NCBI GenBank assembly: GCA_044892505.1
Contig: CM097882.1
Span: 572,880,001 to 572,944,000 of the forward strand
Direction of reading: 5' to 3'
Source: Schmidtea nova
Taxonomy: Eukaryota
DNA: 64,000 nt
Positions 27,361 through 40,066 of the stretch are shown here, one piece after another; within the stretch, counting starts at the first letter, position 1; the number at the start of each line of letters is the position of its first letter. Made by a program: the position numbers and the translations under genes. The notes below the pieces were generated by a model. It was given only the letters and a program-made list of their open reading frames with translations, did not search any database and was not told the origin of the DNA.

Positions 27361-28191
27361 NNNNNNNNNNNNNNNNNNNNNNNNNNNNNNNNNNNNNNNN
27401 NNNNNNNNNNNNNNNNNNNNNNNNNNNNNNNNNNNNNNNNNNNNNNNNNNNNNNNNNNNNNNNNNNNNNNNNNNNNNNNNNNNNNNNNNNNNNNNNNNNN
27501 NNATTCTAACTTATAATATGTACTACTAACCACTAGTAAAGCATCCTTCAAAATTAGTCCAATCTGGATTGTAAATATTTCGTTCGCTAACTATGTCGTA
27601 TTTTTGCTTGGATTTAACAATCGGTCCAAGGCTTTGTGGAAGGTCAAAATTGAGTTGGCCCTTAAAATTGATGGCTAAAATTTTGCTGATTCTTTTTGCT
27701 TCCGATAACGATTCTTTGTCGAGAGAATAACTTTTTGTTACATATTTATAATGACTGTTCATTTTAATCTTTGAAAAAACGGAATTTTACAGCGATTTAT
27801 GTTAGATTACAAACCAATGGGAATTGTTCGGAGATTTATTTTATTAAGAATATTATTATTTGATGTTACTTTTTATTTGTAAGTAGCGTGAAATTTGTTT
27901 TACTTTATTGAAATAAAATAATAATTTCCATACAAATTACAAAATTAGAACGATATATAATTTCCTGATCGCTTCAGTTACACTTCTAACGTGACAAAAT
28001 TTGTAAATTCTAATAATAATATCTATAATTTATGTAAATATTGTTCAAGTCAAGACAGTAGACATATATTTAAATCATGTCCAAGAACAAACAAATTATC
28101 ATCAGTATTTTCAACAATCCCTTGACCCCTGAGACTAAACATATTGTTAAAAAACTCCCAAGGATCACCAAAAAATTAAATTATATAAAAT

Positions 28192-28930
28192 TGTTGGGTT
28201 TTATTATTAAGTCGGTACAAATCTCTGATTCCTCGTTCTCCTTTTACAAAATAAGTCATCCATTTAATTTTAATACACAATTACATTGTCGTTAACACTT
28301 GTTAACAGCCTGTATTTTTCAGCGATAGGGGTAGGTCTTCCAATGGGAGATCCCACTTTCTGGTACGCACTAATTGATTTGAATTGAAACTCTGTATCTA
28401 ACCTTCCGAATAACTCACAAACTAGTTTCGATAAATTGGCAAGAATATTAAATTCGCTTCTCTTTAAACAGTGTTCTTTTCATTGAATTATTACTCGGCG
28501 CCTTTTGATCAATTAATTTTAAAAAACAATTATGTTATTTAGGTTCGAGTTCCCTTCACCATTCGAGTTTTTAATTTTCCCAAAGGTTTCCCGATCCTTA
28601 ATTGGTTCGGGATAATCGGTTTATCTGTCGTTCACCCGGGCTTCCCATTATCCAATTTTTATCCAATAATTAAATAATTTTGTTGATGACTCGGGTTTCC
28701 CATTAGGTATTTATTTCTTTTATTTGTTTTTTTCTTAATATTTCTTTCTGCGGACCCCTTTTTGATTTTATATTACCATATTTGAATTTATCTCGTCATT
28801 TGGCATCCTCCCATACCAGTTATCCACTCTAAATCTTATTTTTTTAATTTTCCATTTGTTAATTAATTTTGTTACTTTATTACTTTTTAAGTTTTATGTA
28901 ACAATACTGCATTGATTGTATCCATCAAAA
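28192..28930 (-). mobile_element. Degenerate solo LTR, same family
   Basis: tgttgggtt left terminus, conserved block gcgataggggtaggtc...ttctggtacgc and ctcgggtttcccatt motifs. The right end is approximate. Confidence 0.65.
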
Positions 28931-29553
28931 AAAAAAGTTTTACAATTTTGAAAATGTTTCTTATATTATTCAAACAACTTTAATAACATTATTCAAACAA
29001 TGAAGATTTTTAACATCAACGATGCTTGAGCAAGAAAACATCAAACATTATATATTTCGAAGATATCATTAATTTAAATTACAAATTTACATTACTTTTA
29101 AATAGTTAATTATTTATTATATAAATTTATCCTTTATAAAATTTATTTTATAAATATAAAATTAATTAATATTTCATACTTTATTAAATTAATTATTTAT
29201 GTAAATTAAATTAAATTAAATATTTAATTTAACTTAATGCTTACCCGGCAATTTTCATAATTGATAATATTTAATATTATTTTTAGGACTTTATCATCAT
29301 AATAGGTGGATTGATACTAATTTGGTAAAAGTTTACTTAAATTAAAAAAATCGCTATAATACTTAAGTAAAAACTGAATTAAATAGATAAAATATAAGTA
29401 CAATAATCAAAGAAAAATATTTAAAATATCATTTAATTAAAATTTGTTATAATAATTAATCTTTTAATTGTTTTAATCCACAGCCCCTAATAAAATTCAA
29501 TTATAAAAATAATTAAAAATAATCAATTTTAATTAATTAATTTTAAATATTCA

Positions 29554-30264
29554 ATGGATCCAAATTTGCCTATTACTCACATTATTTTGGATTTAGACGG
29601 ACTTTTAATAGATTCCGAAATCCTATTTGATGCGGCAATAAATGAAATATTAAAACCCTTCAATAAAACAATGAATTTTGAAATTAAAGAAAATTGCTTA
29701 GGGAAAAAACTATCAGAAAGTATTGCTATAATTATTAAATTGCTCAATGTTCCATTAGATGAAACTGACTTTATTTCACGGTATCAAGATATCAAGCACA
29801 AGGTCCTTCGAGATATTCAACTAAAAGAAGGAGCAAACAAACTAATAAATTACTTTTGGGAAAATGAAATACCCATGGCGATTGCAACTGGGTCGTCTGA
29901 TGAGAGCTTTGCTTTAAAAACTAAAGACTACAATGATTTATTCTCGAAAATACATCACAAAGTCTGCTCTGGAAGTGATAAACTCGTGAAAAAAACTAAA
30001 CCTGCTCCAGATATTTTTATTGAAGCTGCGGGACGATTTTTATCTGGTTTACCATTGTCACCAAGACAAGTTCTCGTTTTTGAAGACGCCGCCAACGGAG
30101 TTATAGCTGGATTGTCGGCAAACATGAAAGTAGTTTGGGTTCCAGATTCAAGAGTTAACACCTCGACTTTTAAGAATCATCCTGACGTTATGATTTTGAC
30201 AAGTTTGAAAAAGTTTCCACCTTCAAAATATGGTCTACCCGTATCTTCTGAATTCGATCCATAA
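29554..30264 (+). CDS. PUDP: HAD-superfamily phosphatase, pseudouridine-5'-phosphatase (HDHD1/PUDP, Gs1-like) type, 236 aa, intronless
   Basis: All four HAD motifs are intact: DLDGLLIDSE, ATGS, KPAPDIF, FEDAANG. Complete from ATG to TAA. Confidence 0.85.
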   Translation: MDPNLPITHIILDLDGLLIDSEILFDAAINEILKPFNKTMNFEIKENCLGKKLSESIAIIIKLLNVPLDETDFISRYQDIKHKVLRDIQLKEGANKLINYFWENEIPMAIATGSSDESFALKTKDYNDLFSKIHHKVCSGSDKLVKKTKPAPDIFIEAAGRFLSGLPLSPRQVLVFEDAANGVIAGLSANMKVVWVPDSRVNTSTFKNHPDVMILTSLKKFPPSKYGLPVSSEFDP

Positions 30265-30584
30265 TAATATTCACCCAACATTTTCAAAGAAACATGTCAA
30301 AAATCTCTGATTTTAAAAGCATTTATATCGTATTATTAAAAATAAGTACGGTGAATTTATTTAGGATGATTTATACTTTTACTTAAGAATTAATCACTAT
30401 CACAATACTTTTACGAAACTTCTATGGTAACGATGTTGCTAGCAGTCATCAAATAGAATTTACTCATCTTTATTTTCGCTATAGAATTTTATAGTCGGTA
30501 ATCAGTTTTTGAAATTTAAACTAGAACATATAGATCAGAACCGCATTGAATACATTCACACATACATTAAAATTTATACATATT

Positions 30585-31282
30585 TGTTGGGTTTGTTTTC
30601 AGTCGGTTTATTTTCTTACTACTCGTGCTCCGTTAATTGTTAAATTAACCAAGGCCCAACACAATAAATTTTTATTGCGTTCTATTTAACAATTTACCAC
30701 GACTAAAAATCAATACTATTTTCTCAATTTTCTACACAAACTTTCTGCACTCTTCATAAGCGATAGGGGTAGGTCTACCAAGGGTACACTGCCCTTTCTG
30801 GTACGCTTTGTTTTGCCAATGTTAGATTTACCGTTGCTTCTTTCTCACTTACCAAATAAGTATCTGACGACAATTTTCTTCGATTAACTGGCAATTCGAT
30901 GTTATTTCTTTGTCGCTTTTATGGTTTTTCAACTTGTCAACAATTTGATTACGTTTCCTAACTTGGAATGTAATTTGATTATGAACTTTTATAAATTGCT
31001 TTTTGTTAATTACAATTTGTTATAATTTTATTTACTTAATCCGCGCTTTTTGTAATTTGATTTCATCTCGGCTTTCCTCTTTTTCGGGCTCCCCACTAGC
31101 CCGGGTTTCCCATGCACTCGGGCTTCCCATTGACTCAGGTTTTCTACATAATTAATAAATTATTCACTAATTTTTAATTAATTTTTATTTATCGAAAATC
31201 TTTTTATCCAGCGACTTACCATTGATATTTTATTATCATATTCGTACTCGTCTCCCAATTTATTTTCGGTGTTTTATTTTCA
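30585..31282 (-). mobile_element. LTR fragment of the same family, 5'-truncated, abutting the aldolase fragment
   Basis: tgttgggtt left terminus, internal cccaacacaataa, gcgataggggtaggtc block and cgggtttcccat repeats. No TG..CA end on the right. Confidence 0.7.
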
Positions 31283-31757
31283 ACGTTTTCCATCATCGCT
31301 AAATAAGAAGGATTTTGTTGACTGATTTTTAAAACACTTCTCCATTTTTTAAAATGACATCCTTCCTTCTTATAAATTGTACATCCTTCGTCAATTCATC
31401 AAAGGTTCCTTGACGCGGAAAAACTCCAGTATTGCCTTTTATTCCAGGTATGATCCCTCGATCTTGCAAATTCTTGATTAACGGTTGACCATCATAGCCT
31501 TTCTGATAAAGGGTTTCGTGATATAAAATAACACCAGAAATATGTTTAGCTAACACCCGATCCGTTGTAAAGAACAGTTGTCTGTATTGCTTTCGGTTTG
31601 TCTCTGTTTTGTCTATATTTATACTTTTGAATCTTTTCTCAAGTGTTATGTTTTCATCAGTAGCTAGAATACCTTTTCCAGGAGATATTATTGCATTGGT
31701 AATGTCTTTTAGTTCTTTTAGCTGATGTTCAGATAAATACCTGGCGAATTCTGGCAT
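31283..31757 (-). pseudogene. Class I fructose-bisphosphate aldolase, N-terminal fragment, frameshifted
   Basis: PGKGILATDE, NRKQYRQLFFTTD, ISGVILYHETLYQK, GIIPGIK. In another frame WRSVLKI..PSYLAMMEN. Truncated well before the Schiff-base lysine. Confidence 0.9.
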
Positions 31758-32040
31758 TAGATTTGACAAATATTTATCAATAAGTAATTCCAAACGAATA
31801 TAACATATTTTTACCTCTAACAACCTCTAATTAAAATCCTAACAACAATGAATATTTTTATCCATTTTAATTCAACTATAGTTTCTATATAACAGAAACA
31901 ATAATAATACATTATCATTACACGAACAAAAACTGTTCAAATAAGCTCACAACATGATCTATGATTATCCATTACTTCCCCTTGAAACATTAGTGTCAAC
32001 TTCAATGTAACATTTAGCTTTACTTTTTCTACTTGATATG

Positions 32041-35000
32041 TCATGATTCAAAATCCAATGGACATATATTACTTATTGGTCTTCTTAATAATTTCTCCTT
32101 TACTTGTGCTAATACTACCCGGACTTCCCTGTCTTCTCCAAGAATAATCTCCTTACCTCTTGCTAGAGGTCATTTCCCAAATCCTGTATTCCTCTCCAAT
32201 AGCCACATTGCCTCTCCTACCTTAATCCCACGTTTTTTATAAGTTTACTTTGCTCACCCACGCAAACTCGGAACTAATTCCTTTAACCACCTGTTCTAAA
32301 CCTGATCCGTCAATTGCTGTACTCGTTGCCATCTTCTCCGTATATTCAAGAAATCATTTTTTAGAACTCTTTCTAGTTATTTTTTTCTTTTCCAGCTAAC
32401 TATTAAAAAGTCATTAGGAGTTATTACTTGCTCTTCTTTTTCTCTCGTAGTTTGCATCACCCGTGGTCAGGAATTCAGTATCATTCAACTCTTCATCTGT
32501 GACATCCGCCTTCTGTAAGACTGCATTGATCACTCGTTTCGCACACTTTATCATAGCCTCAAATATTCCTCCAAAATGTGGAGCAATTGGTGGATTGAAT
32601 ATCCAACGAACTTCATTAGCTGTCAATGTCCTATGAATTTTGTAGTTATCTAATGTAATCTGTTTAAATTCTGAAGTAGCACCAACAAAATCTGTGCTAT
32701 TATCTGAGAGAATCATCTCTTATGGCCCTCTACGACTTATAAATCTCAGTAAAGCTCGTATGAATGAATCTGTGTCTAAACCATAGGCAAGTTCCAAATG
32801 CACCCTCTCGATTGCATACTCGTGAAAAGACAGAGATAGCGCTTTAAACAGTTTTTCTCCGACTGGATAATCATGGCTCATGTGAGTCCATTTTGTTTTA
32901 TCAAAGCCGCGTCTGTGTGCGAGTTTTTCTGTTTCTGCTTTTTCTCGCGTCTCTGTGCACACTTATTCTAATTTTCAACCTCGCATCTGTGTGCGTTTTT
33001 ATTCTAATTTTCAAACTCACGCCTGTGTGCGCTATTGTGATTTTAGGTTTACGCATCTGTGTGCGCACTCCATGTTTTTTCTAGCTCGCGTCTGTGTGCG
33101 CGGTTCAGCTGGATTTTGATTGTTTTGTATTAAAAGTTGGAATTTTTGAATTGTTTTTTAGAATTTATAGATTATTTAATCGTATTAATTTTGGAATTTA
33201 TTGATGGTTTTTAATCGAATAATTCGGAGCCTTTGTGTTAGAATTTTGAATTTAATAAACGTGCTGGACCGGATTTAGTTTCTGTTTTTTTGCTGATTTT
33301 ATTTTCGTTCGTATGGAGAGAAATATAAATATCCGAAGCCTGTATATCATAGCTTATGTTGATCATGGAAAGTCTAACTAAACAGATTCGCTAGTAACTA
33401 AAGATGGTATCATAGCAGTTTCCAAAGCCGATGAGGCTAGATTTACAGACACGAGAAGAGACAAACAGGAAAGATGCATAATCATAAAATCTACAGCTAT
33501 TTCCATGTACAATGAAATGACTGAAGAGAGTTTGGCTGATGTCAAAGTTGTTCAACCTGTAACGTTAAGTGACGATGGGAAGACTGACAAAAAAGTATTT
33601 ATAATTAATTTAATCGATTCTTCTGGCCACATTGATTTCAGCACTGAAATGGAAGCGGTATTGCGAGTTAATGATGGAATACTTGTTTTTACAAATTGTG
33701 TTTCCGGAGTCTGCGTTTGAACAGAGACCTTATTGCGGCAGGCTATGGCTGAACAAATCAAACAGGTGTTGATAACGAATAAAATGGATATGGCAGTTCA
33801 AAGTTTACAATGCGAACCAGATTATTTATGTCAAAACTTTCAAAGATTTACTGAAAGTTTCAATGCTATCATATAGCAATATGGTGAATTGGAAGGACCA
33901 ATGGGAGATATTCAAATCACACCTGAAAACGGTATTATTGGTTTCGGATCACGATTACAAAGCTGAGCCTTTGCTGTTAAAAACTTTGCTGATATTGGAC
34001 ATATACAGTTGGCATGCTTCCCAATGACCTTTCAGTTAAAACACCAAGCTTGTATCGTTTCAAAAGACCCCACAAAACCAACTGCTGATTTTGCAAATGC
34101 TCTTAATGGTTTCGTTAATCTGAAATCCGAAATAGGTGGTCATTAATTGACTCAAACCTACCGTTTTTATACTCCTACATTCATAGCAGTGATTTTCATA
34201 TTCTTTGATTACCTTTTTTGCCCGCAATATCTAACACATTTCATTTATATCACTAAGAATGTGATTTACGCCAGCATAATGAAATCTTCGTTCGTTATAA
34301 TCTCCAATAATCAACCAAGTTATCTAACTTTTCTCTGCTAATATAATCGGATATTTCACATCTCGTGACAACCATTTTGCTTGACAAAGCCTTCTGTAAC
34401 TTCTCATCACTTTTTCCTCATCTAAAGTTGGATTTAATTTTCTTAACTCGTTCGTTTTAGGTATAGTTTTCGTCTTTGCCAGACTGTTTTATTCCTTCCC
34501 AAAAACCTTCTATTGTGTCTGTCATATCACCATTAATTTCCCCTCCATTATCTCGTTAACTGATAATTCACCATGAACCCGTTGATTTAACTTAATTTTA
34601 CTATTATGAATAAAACGATGCACCCATGCTTACACTTAAATTAATCTTTTCCAATTAGAATATGTTTCTGGTATGAAACAGTCTACATGGTATGGTGACT
34701 CTATTATTTGATTACTACCTAGTGTAATCATTGTTGTAGTTCTTCTTTCCTGCTTTTGATCATCACCACCCACTAAAGTAGTTTTAGGCCACTGACCGTC
34801 ATCCCTCCGTAAGTATTATGGTCCGATCCGCCAAAGTTGATTTGACTCGCACATTTCCGCAGTTATGCCTTTCGTTATCAAATCTGCTGGATTTTCTTTA
34901 GTCGGAACACATCTCCACTGTGAGGCACTCGTATTTTCTTGTATGTTTGCTACTCAGTTTGCGACAAAAGGTTTATAATTTCTTGCATGTTGTCGTACCC

Positions 35001-38000
35001 AATATACTACATTCATACTATCGATCGAAAATGTAACGGCATTTATTTCAACCTCTAGTGCTTTAGTCACGTTCTTACTAGGTTTTAATCCTAAGCAAGC
35101 GGCCATTAGGTCCAGCCTCGTTACGCTAACCATCTTTACCGGCGCCATCCTTGACTTATTTGCAACCATATTTGTTCGTATCCCGTCTTCGTGCTCTTCT
35201 CTAATATACACTATTGCACCATACACTTGGATCGACGCATCCGAAAACACGTGAAGACTCCAATTGTTTAGTGATTTCATAATTAAACATCGTTGAATCT
35301 TGATCATTATTAATCTTGATGTTTCATCTAACCATTGATGAAATTTTAAACAAATCTCAACGTTTAATTCTTCATCCCAATCTGCACCTGAAAGCCAAAG
35401 TCTTTGCATGATTATTTGTCCTCGAACAATAAATGCTTCGATCAAACCAATTGGGTCAAAAACTCTCGCTAATAAACTCAAGAAATTTCGTTTTGTTAAT
35501 TTTTCTATTTTTGGCATTCTCATATCAAAACCAAATTCATCGCTGCTAGTGTCCCATTTTAGCCTAACGTTTTGAGCACTAAAGCAGAACTTTCTTCAAG
35601 TATTAAACATTGCGCTGGCTCTTCAATTGGTATTTTTTCCGCCACCTCTCATGAATTAGTCATCCACTTTCTTATAGACATTCACGCAACTGCCAAAGTG
35701 TTACACAAACTATATCTTAACTCTAATTCTTCTACTACATCCTCAATCGAATCAATAGATGTAGACTCAATGATCGTTTTTGCAGTTTTTGGAAATTCAC
35801 CTTCAAACTCTCATGCATCTTCCTGTGAAACGAATTGAACCAAAAAGGTCGAAGCATATATCCCAAACACCACTCTTGTAAATTGATATTCTTGTTGATA
35901 TCCTTGTCGTCCCTCCATAGAAATCTGAGATATCTTTGCTCTTTCTTCGGCATACAGACTTGTGGATAAATCTCCGCGATGCCGCATTCTAAAGCTACGC
36001 TGAATTTCCGAAACCGTATTAATATTTTAAATAAATTGCCTTGAAGCTTTGGTCCGACCTCAAAAATGTGGTTTAGTGATACTCCATCACACTTTGCCGA
36101 AGCATCGAAAACTATTCTTAGTTTTGTAGTTTCTTTTTCCTGCCAGTCTGTTTTGCCCATCGATTCATCTACTTTTTTAATATAACCCTTTTTTACGTAA
36201 TCTAAAAAGATTTTATCATACTCTGTAACCAATACATCTTTGTGCTATCTTTTCTCCAGACTTAAGAGTCTTTTTTTCCGCCATAGTTTGATTGTTTGAT
36301 AACATTTATGGACTTTCTGGCCATGGTAATGGTACCTGAAAAATGTTGTCTGTTTTTATCATTTCATTTCTTGTTTCGTCAACTAATTTGGTGACATTTG
36401 TGACATTGTCATCATTTGGTGACATTGTCACTTCTTCTATCCCAATATTGTCAACTTCCCAGAATTGTTGTAGCTGCTGTTAGAGAACTTCATTTGTTGT
36501 GAAATAAGATTGAATGAAGTGAGTCTGTCAGCTGCATGGAATACCTGATTGTTCATTCCTAATGAAAGTGCATCTCAATGGAGTTAACCTAGCTATCGGT
36601 TCTCCTTCACGTCCGCATATTTCTTTTATTGCTCTTTGTAGACCCGTGTAGTCAGTTACAAGAAGCGCGTCTACTGATGATCTAGTTCCAGCCGTTGCAA
36701 ATCTGATTTATCTCAAATTGTTCCAATTCTGACTTGCTTTTTTCCAATCAACCACTCGCAATTCACTTGTTACCTTCTCCACCGAACAAGCCTGAAATTC
36801 TTTGACCATCATACCATCGACACTCATTAAATTCATCATGACTCTCTGAGCCTCTAAATTTTCTCTCTTGCCCTCTATTACTCCAACTGGAACATTAACT
36901 TTTGATCTTGACAGTTGTAATTCTCTAGAAACATGCTTACTAACGTAACTGACTGTACTTGAATCGTCTAGTAATGCGTTAACCTTTATTCTCTTTCCAT
37001 TTGTTTCTAAAAATAGTGGGTATTGTTCTCAGGCTTATGTAGCGCATATCATTCAAATTCTGACCTGTAACTAACCTGGTGACAATTGTTTGAGGTTTTT
37101 TATTATTGTCCTCTTCCGATTCCTTCATTCTTCGAATATGTAATAAACTATGATGTTTTCCTCCACGATCTTTTTCTACAAAATCCTTGCCAGGTGCATT
37201 GTCTTACTCCATGAGCTTTCCCTAAGCAATTATAACACAATCTCCACACTGAACTTCCATTTTTCCTGTGATGTACTGACAATCTTTTGAATTGTAGACA
37301 TTGATCTAGATAATATGCACCTTGACATTTAAAACACATCAACGTTATTTATCTTGAAGAACTACTATGGCTCTCAACCTTTGCTTGAGTTTTGTTTCAT
37401 CTCATTGTAGGAATTTATAAAGTATGAATACCTTCGATTATCAACCCTTTCAGCAGCCTTGAGGTTTTTCTGCCGATATTGTCAATTGAAATTCTTTTCA
37501 CGACCAAAACCATACAATGTTTCATTGTCGATCGAGTTAGATCAGCTTCATTTTGTAACCATTCTTTTAGGCGTGTTATTGATTTTTCACGTTCCTCTTT
37601 TGCTTGCTCCCTTTTGCATCGAATAAATAAAGACGCTGGTAATCTTTTCAACAATTATTACTAGAGACAGCCTCTCTGTAGGTCCTCTTCTCTCCCAATA
37701 GCTTTGAACCTTACTTGCATTGATTCCAACAGTCCAACGAAAATATCTAAATCTTTCATTTCTCCTTCACAAACTGGCCAAAATTTATCCACAGTTTCTA
37801 ACATAGTAAAATAACTACGTTCTTCACCTCCGTAACGCCGTTCCAAATATAATTCAGTGTATAATTCAGTGTCACTGTCATTCGCAGAGGTTCACCGAAC
37901 AAGTACTGTTTAAGATGCATCATTTTATATTCTGCCGTTCCATCTGTCTTGTCTATTCCAGTATTAAAAGCAGCTTTCCACGTTTCAAACTCTACCACTT

Positions 38001-38369
38001 TTCGATTGAAAATTGGAATCTTTATTTCCTGCAACCGATTTAAACTTTTCTTCATTTCCCTTGGCGATTCAAATTCCGATGTTTTAAACTCCTCGCTCAC
38101 AATACTTTGTTCTGTTCTTTTTTTGCATTAATTTATCTACCTCCTTCTTCTTCGTTTCGAGCTCACAAATATTTTTATCAAACCAATACAAATTCATACT
38201 GTTTATTTAATTTCAACATTACTCGACGAGTCTTAGCCATTCGTCCAATGTCTTTTCAAATTCTTTTTCATAGGCTACAAATGTGTCCTTTATATCCTTG
38301 ACCATTTCTGTCAACAATAAATTTCGTGCTCGAGTTGCTTTCCATTTCGGAGACAGTTGTCGGGTCCAT
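32041..38369 (-). mobile_element. BEL/Pao LTR retrotransposon internal region, heavily decayed
   Basis: In order on the minus strand: Gag (EIKIPIFN...FETWKAAF), CFKC/CYNC knuckles, protease (VNALLDDS), RT (KLRIVFDASAK, GPKLQ, YLRFLWRD), RNase H (LHVFSDAS), integrase (SDNSTDFVGA, WIFNPPIAPHFGG), C-terminus ending CPLDFES*. LTRs not identified. Confidence 0.9.
33313..33995 (+). pseudogene. EEF2: Eukaryotic elongation factor 2, N-terminal G-domain fragment
   Basis: [65 protein letters not shown]. Several stops and frameshifts, no introns. Confidence 0.92.
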
Positions 38370-38410
38370 AAATTTCAGTACTCCTCATAATCTTCATAAC
38401 CAACTTCTTT

Positions 38411-38623
38411 TTAACACAGGACCAAATGAATAGTCGACCCATTTAAAACATTATAATATGATAATTTTCTGTGTCCTTCTAATTGTCTGCCAGCATAAAT
38501 AAACCTTTGCTGCACAAGCGGAATTTCTTCCATCACATTTTCAACTTTGTCAATAATTCTTACTCCCAGAGAATTGGATTTTCCCGTCAAAGTCTTCATA
38601 AAAATCTGCCTTTCCTCTCTCAC
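38411..38623 (-). pseudogene. Ubiquitin-like fragment just upstream of BEL gag
   Basis: [10 protein letters not shown]...[32 protein letters not shown]. About 8 residues are deleted relative to ubiquitin and LRGG is absent. Confidence 0.8.
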
Positions 38624-39339
38624 CTCATTTTCTAATTAAAAGAACATTTATTTCAAAATTTATTTAAACATTTATTTCTCTCTCAATCGAAAAGAAACCA
38701 GAAACAATAGTTTATTTAACAGGATTCTCATTTGGTCAAACATCATCAACTATATCCACCAGTGAATCAAAATTGGCTTTTCGAAATGCCGTTTCAATTA
38801 GTTCTATTGTGAAGATAATTTACTCCAACGTAAAAAAACTATCTACAAACACTGTTTCTGAAACATTGACAAAACCGTTCATATCTGGAATCCCGTCAAA
38901 TTCAACGACAGTCCTACCAACAACTGGATTGCATATTTCGTCTACAGAATCATCAAGCAATTTGCTAATTAATAAATATTATGAATTCGATACATTAGTT
39001 TATTGTATCTTCCTGCATTCATCAGTTTTTATTTAAATTAATTTTCTTTTATATTCTATGAGTTTTTTATATGAAAATCGAAAAATTGTTCCAGAAAATA
39101 TGTAAATTTTTCTTAACTTTAAGTAAATTCTGTAATTAGTGTTTTTTTCTTATATTTGTGCTTTTTACGTGTATAATTAATGCACTTTTGTTCAATTGAA
39201 TTTTTCAAAGTGTTTTATTTAATTGTTTGAATTGTTTTGTTATTAATTTGTATACTCGGTGTTTCTCATTACGGTTTTTTCAATTTACTTCTTGCTTGCT
39301 TTCTACATGTTATTTTATCGCTTCAAAAAAACAAAAAGC

Positions 39340-39914
39340 TGTTGGGTTTAGTTTTTGCTCAACAAAATAATAATATTAAAATACAATTGAAATAAAAATG
39401 TTTAAAAAATTATAACATTTAAACAAAACATTCTTCAAAAATCTCATTAAGAAATCCGTGATAACTCATACGGATACAGATAGCTCATAGCTATCTTTTT
39501 TTATAATTAGATTTTCGCAGAATTGAGATGATTGTTGTCTCTTATAATTCAATTATTTTAGCCTGCGACTCTGATTATTTGATTTTATATCAGGCTTTCC
39601 ATTAGTTCGGGTTTCACATGTACTCGGGTTTTCTACATAACTAATAAATTATTCATTAATTTTTAAATAATTTCTATTTATTGAATATCTTTTTCTAGGG
39701 ACCCCAATTGATATTTTATTATCATATTCGTACTCGTCTGTCCATTTGCCGTCCGTACATACCAATTTGCCCCGCGATAAGTAATTTTTCAATTTTTCTT
39801 AATTTTTAATTAATTTTGAACTTATTTATAAATTGCAAATCTTACATTTTCCAGCCTTTTCTATTGATTTTGTACTTTCGTCTCATGTTGAACCATTTTA
39901 GATTAACATCAACA
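39340..39914 (-). mobile_element. Degenerate solo LTR, same family
   Basis: tgttgggttt left end. 39590-39770 closely resembles 31130-31260 (ctcgggttttctacataa...tattttattatcatattcgtactcgtct). Right end catcaaca. No TSD. Confidence 0.65.
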
Positions 39915-40025
39915 ATTGCATCAAGTTGACAGCTAAGCTGTCAAAATATAATGCAAAAACATTTTAAAAAATGGTGTACTTTTATTTATTTGAATAAATT
40001 TTTCTTTTATTTTTCAGTTTATTTA

Positions 40026-40066
<41 letters not shown>

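Noticed and set aside
27526-27762. Short ORF with a diverged counterpart at ~7150-7470 (DWT.FEGCF..G)
   Set aside because: Both copies are decayed and I cannot recognise a family. Probably old TE debris.
31850-32013. Candidate BEL 3' LTR with a partner near 38640-39000
   Set aside because: Only an 11-bp match (cagaaacaata) was found, with no convincing direct repeat, PBS or TSD.
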